A DNA stretch of 56,684 nt from Limosilactobacillus gorillae (GTDB taxonomy: Bacteria; Pseudomonadota; Alphaproteobacteria; CAAGCB01; CAG-977): positions 1-56,684 of the forward strand of contig CAVCSV010000010.1 of assembly GCA_963604715.1 (NCBI GenBank), written 5' to 3'. How positions within the stretch are numbered: position 1 is the stretch's first letter; the number at the start of each line of letters is the position of its first letter. This document shows positions 52,168-56,684 of the stretch, piece after piece. The position numbers and the translations under genes were made by a program. The notes under the pieces are model-generated. The model made no database searches and had not been told where the DNA came from. It saw only the letters and a program-made list of their open reading frames with translations.

Positions 52168-53064
52168 ATGAAAAAATTATTGCTTTTCGGACTGATAGCC
52201 GCTGTTGCGGCGGCGCAGGCGAATGCCGCGCCCGTCAGACGCGACCCCGAGGAATTTCCCAATCACTTTTGCGGCGGTATGAACGCCCGCGACCCTTTCA
52301 AAATCGCGGGTTTTGCGCATTATCCGCCGTTTTCGTGGAAATCCGCCGATATTGAGCGGTTTAAGGATACGCGCCACCATATTTACACATACGACGGTTT
52401 CGTTGCGGAATATGTCAAGGCGGCATTGAAAAACATCAAAGTCAAAGACATCGAAAGCCAGTTTTTCGATTCCGAAGACGAAATGCGCCGCGCGGTTCTG
52501 GAAGGCAAAGTCGATTTGATTTTCACGACGTTTTACCAAGGCGGGGACAGATCGGGACTGGATTACATATATCCGGCTTATTTCGGCAATCCGCTGGCGG
52601 TTGTGTCCCGCGCCGACAAAAAAGTCGAAAAATCCGAAATAGCCGACTTGAAAGGAATGATAGGCGTTATTCGCCGCGAAGAAGGCATGCTGGGGCTGAT
52701 TCAGGGACAGCTGCCGACGGATACCAAAATCGTCGAAGTGGACGGTGTGGAAGAGGCGTTTAAAAAACTGATGGAAGGCGAAGTCGATTTTATGATTTCA
52801 AGCCCCTATGCCGTCATGGCGGAAGCCAAACGTCTGAACCTGAAAGACAAAATTTACATTCATCCGCATGTTTTGCGTCCCGTTAAATTCTTTGCGGCGT
52901 TTTCAAAAATGTCCCGCTGCGCCCGCTATAAAAAGCTGCTGGAACCCGAATTGAAAAAACTGTTCGAAGACAAATCTGCGGCTGAAAAAAAGATGAAAGA
53001 ATACATCGACAAATGGGCGGAACACGGTGACACCGCTTTGGATTTTCCCGAATACGGTTATTAA
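52168..53064 (+). CDS. Periplasmic substrate-binding protein (family-3 / PBPb-like), orphan
   Basis: The signal peptide is MKKLLLFGLIAAVAAAQANA. The architecture is a two-lobe SBP-like fold (DLIFTTFY...AVVSR). No permease or ATPase gene is adjacent. Confidence 0.6.
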   Translation: MKKLLLFGLIAAVAAAQANAAPVRRDPEEFPNHFCGGMNARDPFKIAGFAHYPPFSWKSADIERFKDTRHHIYTYDGFVAEYVKAALKNIKVKDIESQFFDSEDEMRRAVLEGKVDLIFTTFYQGGDRSGLDYIYPAYFGNPLAVVSRADKKVEKSEIADLKGMIGVIRREEGMLGLIQGQLPTDTKIVEVDGVEEAFKKLMEGEVDFMISSPYAVMAEAKRLNLKDKIYIHPHVLRPVKFFAAFSKMSRCARYKKLLEPELKKLFEDKSAAEKKMKEYIDKWAEHGDTALDFPEYGY

Positions 53065-53065
53065 C

Positions 53066-53096
53066 AAAAAAGCCTCCGCAAAACGGAGGCTTTTTT
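53066..53096. terminator. Bidirectional intrinsic terminator
   Basis: aaaaa gcctccg caaaa cggaggc tttttt lies between convergent genes. Confidence 0.8.
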
Positions 53097-53112
53097 GTAT
53101 CCGCGCGTTTTT

Positions 53113-56100
53113 TTATTCCGCGCCGAATTTTTCTTCCGCCATTTTCTGGGCGGACACATAGTCGAATTTGCCCGTTCCCAAAATGGGCGGTTCTTTGACG
53201 ACGATGATTTTCGACGGCGTGCCGAGGTCGTTCAGCCCCGCTTGTTTGACAAACGCGCGGATTTGCGCCGCATCGGCGTTTTCCGCCGTGGTAATCAGCA
53301 CCAGCTGTTCGCCCTTTTTCGGGTCGGCGATGGCGACGACGCCCTGAACCGCGCCTTCGTACAGTTTCGCCAGTTCCTGTTCAATCGCCGTCAGCGAAAT
53401 CATTTCGCCGCCGATTTTTGCGAAGCGTTTGGCGCGTCCTTTAATCGCGACAAAGCCGTCTTTGTCAATCGCGACAATATCGCCCGTGTCGTGCCAGCCG
53501 TCTGCGGGCGGCTGCAGGACGCAGGGATTGTCGGCTTTCATATAGCCCTGCATGATGTTGTCGCCGCGCACGAACAGCCGCTTGCCGTCAGCAATGCCGG
53601 GGACGTCTTCCAATCGGGCTTCCAGTCCGGGGATAAGACGGCCGACCGTGCCCGCCTTGATGTACATCGGCGTATTCACCGCAATCAAGGGCGCGGCTTC
53701 GGTTGCGCCGTAGCCTTCCAAAATGCGGATGCCGAATTTTTTGCTCCACAGTTCGGCGGTGGTTTCTTTCAGCTTTTCCGCGCCGACGATTGCATAACGC
53801 AAAGCAAAGAAGTCATACGGGTGCGCCGACGCGCCGTAACCCGCAAAGAACGTGTCCGTACCGCACAAAATCGTCGCGTTCGTGGCATAAACCAGTTCGG
53901 GAACGATGCGGTAGTGCAGAGGCGACGGATAATAAAACGTCTTGATGCCCGACAGTGTGGTCAAAATCGTTCCGATGCCCAACCCGAACGCGTGGAACAT
54001 CGGCAGAGCGTTGAAGAACACGTCGTTCGAATTCAAATCCAGAATGCTCAGCGCCTGATACCTGTTCGCTTGGAAATTGATGTGCGACAGCAAAACGGCT
54101 TTGGGCATGCCTTCGGAACCCGACGTGAACAAAATCGCCGCCGTTTGGTCCGCCGTGTGTTTGGGTTTGCGCGAAATCAAACAATCGACGATGCCGTGGA
54201 ATTTGTCTTCGCCCGAAACCTGTTTGGCGAAATCTTCCATATAAACCAGATTGATGCCCGCGTCGATGATGGCGGCTTCCAGTTTTTCCAGCTTGCCGCC
54301 CTCGATGAATTTGCGCGATGTTACAACCGTTTTCAAGCCGACCGTTTTAATGCAGGACAGCACTTGCGCGATGCCGCTTGAAAAATTCAGCATGGCGGGG
54401 ACTTTGTCGCGGCTTTGCAGGGCAAAGAACACGACCAAATTCGCTAAAACGTTCGGCAGCAGAATGCCCAATCGTTCTTCGGTCGGGAACAGGCGGTCGA
54501 ACGTGCGTCCCAAAACATAGCTTTTCAGAATCAACGTCTTGTAGCGCAAGGGTTTGCGGTTGACGTCCTCGGCGATGACGTGGTGCTTGCCGTGGATTTT
54601 CTGTGCGTTCAAAAGCCCTGTGAACAGGTGTTCGTTGATTTTGGACGACGCGTACATCATTTCCGACATCATCGTATACAGCTGCAGCGACACTTCGTGG
54701 TTGCGCTGGCGTCCCGTCAAAGCGGGGTCGATGTCGAACTTTTTGTGCGGCATGATGTTGACGGTGATTTTGGGGAAGTATTGCGTTTTGAACTTTGTTT
54801 TCAGCAAAGAAAACTTGGAATACTGCGCCCCGTTGATGCGCACGGGCAGGATGTTCGCGTTGGCTTTTTCCGCGACGATGCCCGCGCCTTCGTACACTTT
54901 CATCAAAGCGCCCGTGACGCTGATGCGCTGTTCGGGGAAAATCATCACTTTGTTGTTGCGTTTAATCAAGTCGATTAACGAACGCAAAGACAGTGGGTTG
55001 TTCAAATCCAACGGGTACAAATCCACCATCAGCGCAAAGAATCGCGCAAACCAGCGTTTTTCCCATTCGGGTTTGATGACGAACGTAATCTTTTCGGGCA
55101 TGAAAGCCGCAATCAGCAGCCCGTCCAGCAAAGACGTGTGGTTGGCGACAATCAAAACGCGCTTGCCAGCGTCTTGGAAATTGGGCAAGCCTTTGACGGT
55201 CACGCGGAACAGCGTTTCCAGAATCGTTTGCGCGATGGAACGCACCAAAGCCGCGGGCAGGACCGAGCAGTTGTAGACCGATACGACGAAGCTTGCCAAA
55301 GCAAACAGCAGGAAAATGGCGGGAATGCTCAGTTCGAAATGGCGCAAAACGGCGACAATCAGTGCGACGACGGCAATACCCGCCGCGTTGATGATGTTGT
55401 TTGCGGCAAACACGGCGGCGCGGTTGGCGTCGGTCGCTTTCTTTTGAATCAGGTTGTTCAGCGGCGTGATGTACATCCCGCAGCAGAACGCCAGCAGGAA
55501 AAAGAAAAAGCAGAACACTGCGGGACGGAAGCGCGTGACAAACTCGACAAAATCAACACGTTCGGCAGGTGTTCCGTAGCCCAAAGTCAAAACGGACAGC
55601 GCCAAGAAACAGGCGGCGATGCCCAGCGTGCTGATGGGAACGTATGTCGTGTGAACGACGCCGCGCAACAACCGCGTGCAGTAGGCAACGCCGACGCCGA
55701 CTCCCAGCGCGTACAGGCTGAGCAGGAAAGCGGCGGAAACCGCGTCCGTGTTGAACACTTGCGTAATCAGCGGATAAGTCAGCAAAATAACCAGCAGACC
55801 CAGCGACCAAAACCACGTCGCGCCCAAAATACTGCGGTACAGCAACGGATAACGGCGCACCGTGCGCAGGGTGGAACGGATGCCTTTGAGGATATTGCCG
55901 TCGAATTTTTTCAAATCGGGTTCGGGGGCGGCTTCGGCGACGGAGCGGGTTGCCAGATAGCTTGCCAGCGACAGGACAATCAAGCACAGCGCGGCGATGC
56001 GCACGGGCAGCAGAACGCCGATTAAAATCGCGGCAATGATGCTGACGTAAGTCGATTTCGACGTATAGGCGTTGCTGCCGATAAAGTCCTTTTCATCCAG

Positions 56101-56493
56101 CCGTTCGGGTTGCAAAGCGTAGCGGATGGGACCGAAAAACGCGGACAGCGTGCCGAACAAAACGGGCAATAAAATCAGCAATCCCGCATTGTTGGCAAAG
56201 AAAACCAGCCCCGCCGTCAGCATCAAAGCCAGTTCGACCAGCTTGACGGAGCGGGTCAGCTTGATGCGTCCGTACTTTCTTGCCAGAATGGTTGCGCGCG
56301 CCGAAAACAAAAAGAACGGCAGCAACAGCAAACCCGCAATCAGGTTCGACGGGTCGGGCGATTGCTGGGTGATGCGCACGGCGATAATGGCAAGCAAAGC
56401 GATTTTAAACAAGCTGTTTGTCAGTCCGTCGAACAAAACGGCGAACAGCCCTTTGGCGGCTTTGGTCAGGTTTTCTGTGGAATGTGAAGACAT
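53113..56493 (-). CDS. aas: Fused MFS lysophospholipid transporter (LplT-like), 2-acyl-GPE acyltransferase and acyl-ACP synthetase (Aas)
   Basis: The N-terminal ~400 aa are polytopic and MFS-like. The middle PlsC-type domain has IVANHTSLLDG and FPEQRIS. The C-terminal AMP-binding domain has ILFTSGSEGMPKAVLLSH, EGYGATE and DTGDIV..D.DGF. The protein is 1126 aa. Confidence 0.85.
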   Translation of the reverse strand: MSSHSTENLTKAAKGLFAVLFDGLTNSLFKIALLAIIAVRITQQSPDPSNLIAGLLLLPFFLFSARATILARKYGRIKLTRSVKLVELALMLTAGLVFFANNAGLLILLPVLFGTLSAFFGPIRYALQPERLDEKDFIGSNAYTSKSTYVSIIAAILIGVLLPVRIAALCLIVLSLASYLATRSVAEAAPEPDLKKFDGNILKGIRSTLRTVRRYPLLYRSILGATWFWSLGLLVILLTYPLITQVFNTDAVSAAFLLSLYALGVGVGVAYCTRLLRGVVHTTYVPISTLGIAACFLALSVLTLGYGTPAERVDFVEFVTRFRPAVFCFFFFLLAFCCGMYITPLNNLIQKKATDANRAAVFAANNIINAAGIAVVALIVAVLRHFELSIPAIFLLFALASFVVSVYNCSVLPAALVRSIAQTILETLFRVTVKGLPNFQDAGKRVLIVANHTSLLDGLLIAAFMPEKITFVIKPEWEKRWFARFFALMVDLYPLDLNNPLSLRSLIDLIKRNNKVMIFPEQRISVTGALMKVYEGAGIVAEKANANILPVRINGAQYSKFSLLKTKFKTQYFPKITVNIMPHKKFDIDPALTGRQRNHEVSLQLYTMMSEMMYASSKINEHLFTGLLNAQKIHGKHHVIAEDVNRKPLRYKTLILKSYVLGRTFDRLFPTEERLGILLPNVLANLVVFFALQSRDKVPAMLNFSSGIAQVLSCIKTVGLKTVVTSRKFIEGGKLEKLEAAIIDAGINLVYMEDFAKQVSGEDKFHGIVDCLISRKPKHTADQTAAILFTSGSEGMPKAVLLSHINFQANRYQALSILDLNSNDVFFNALPMFHAFGLGIGTILTTLSGIKTFYYPSPLHYRIVPELVYATNATILCGTDTFFAGYGASAHPYDFFALRYAIVGAEKLKETTAELWSKKFGIRILEGYGATEAAPLIAVNTPMYIKAGTVGRLIPGLEARLEDVPGIADGKRLFVRGDNIMQGYMKADNPCVLQPPADGWHDTGDIVAIDKDGFVAIKGRAKRFAKIGGEMISLTAIEQELAKLYEGAVQGVVAIADPKKGEQLVLITTAENADAAQIRAFVKQAGLNDLGTPSKIIVVKEPPILGTGKFDYVSAQKMAEEKFGAE

Positions 56494-56509
56494 ATCGAAT
56501 CCTCGGATT

Positions 56510-56546
56510 AAAAAAGACAGACCCTCCGTTTGTCGGAAAGGTCTGT
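56510..56546 (-). terminator. Hairpin terminator after the edge-truncated minus-strand ORF
   Basis: acagacc (56517-56523) pairs with ggtctgt (56540-56546). On the minus strand it is followed by cttttttaat. Confidence 0.45.
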
Positions 56547-56555
56547 TTGAAAGGG

Positions 56556-56684
56556 TCAGTTTTCTTTTTTGGGGTCGCGCACGGCAATCGGCATCAACAG
56601 CGTCCTTTTAAACGAACAGTCGTTCGACAGCTTTGCGAAACGGGAAAAAAACAGTATGTTCGATTTTGGAAACGGCATGAAAGC
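56556..56684 (-). CDS. 3' end of a CDS running off the right edge, product unknown
   Basis: My own reverse-complement translation gives ...AFMPFPKSNILFFSRFAKLSNDCSFKRTLLMPIAVRDPKKEN*, with the stop at 56556-56558. Only 42 codons are visible. Confidence 0.3.
   Translation of the reverse strand, partial: AFMPFPKSNILFFSRFAKLSNDCSFKRTLLMPIAVRDPKKEN

Noticed and set aside
53095-54381. A 428-aa plus-strand ORF overlapping the aas 3' region
   Set aside because: It is antisense to the AMP-binding domain of Aas, and its sequence is R/F/D/A-rich and featureless.

Overview
This 56.7-kb window is chromosomal DNA from an alphaproteobacterium. The assignment rests on gene content and order: divL-like/tsaE/amgK/murU/addB/addA/trxA, metK-trmB, rimP-nusA-ylxR-infB-rbfA, ftsEX, lysA, polA and pssA-psd. 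I can support about 50 CDS plus one tRNA-Pro(CGG). I saw no rRNA, CRISPR array, transposase, integrase or relaxase. Coding density is high, with many 1-16 nt start/stop overlaps. G+C is about 55% in hand-counted rows, except for a 23-35% G+C patch in the first ~690 nt. The main accessory feature is a six-gene type IV secretion sub-cluster, virB8-virB7-virB8-virB9-virB10-virB11 (41410-51661). As I recall it, this order matches the Rickettsiales rvh layout, but virD4 and virB2-B6 are not in the window. Its VirB10 is 2015 aa because 4068 nt (45263-49330) encode about 80 tandem 17-residue repeats, consensus roughly xVLPDGxVVDxDGNxIG. This array sits between an N-terminal TM/beta-sandwich module and the canonical TrbI/VirB10 barrel, and a Q/P/Y-rich tail follows the barrel. 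The VirB9 ends in a SPOR-like peptidoglycan-binding domain. An orphan flaF converges on virB11. Secondary observations are: a DivL-like pseudo-histidine kinase with neither His nor Tyr at the phospho-acceptor position; a membrane-anchored SNase-like protein with substituted catalytic residues; a hyper-charged K/R/E protein; a flavin reductase with a basic KPF-repeat tail; a break in the rbfA-truB synteny filled by two Cof-type HAD paralogues and an RgpF-like gene; and an LplT-Aas triple fusion. All calls come from reading the supplied translations and DNA. No database search was run.
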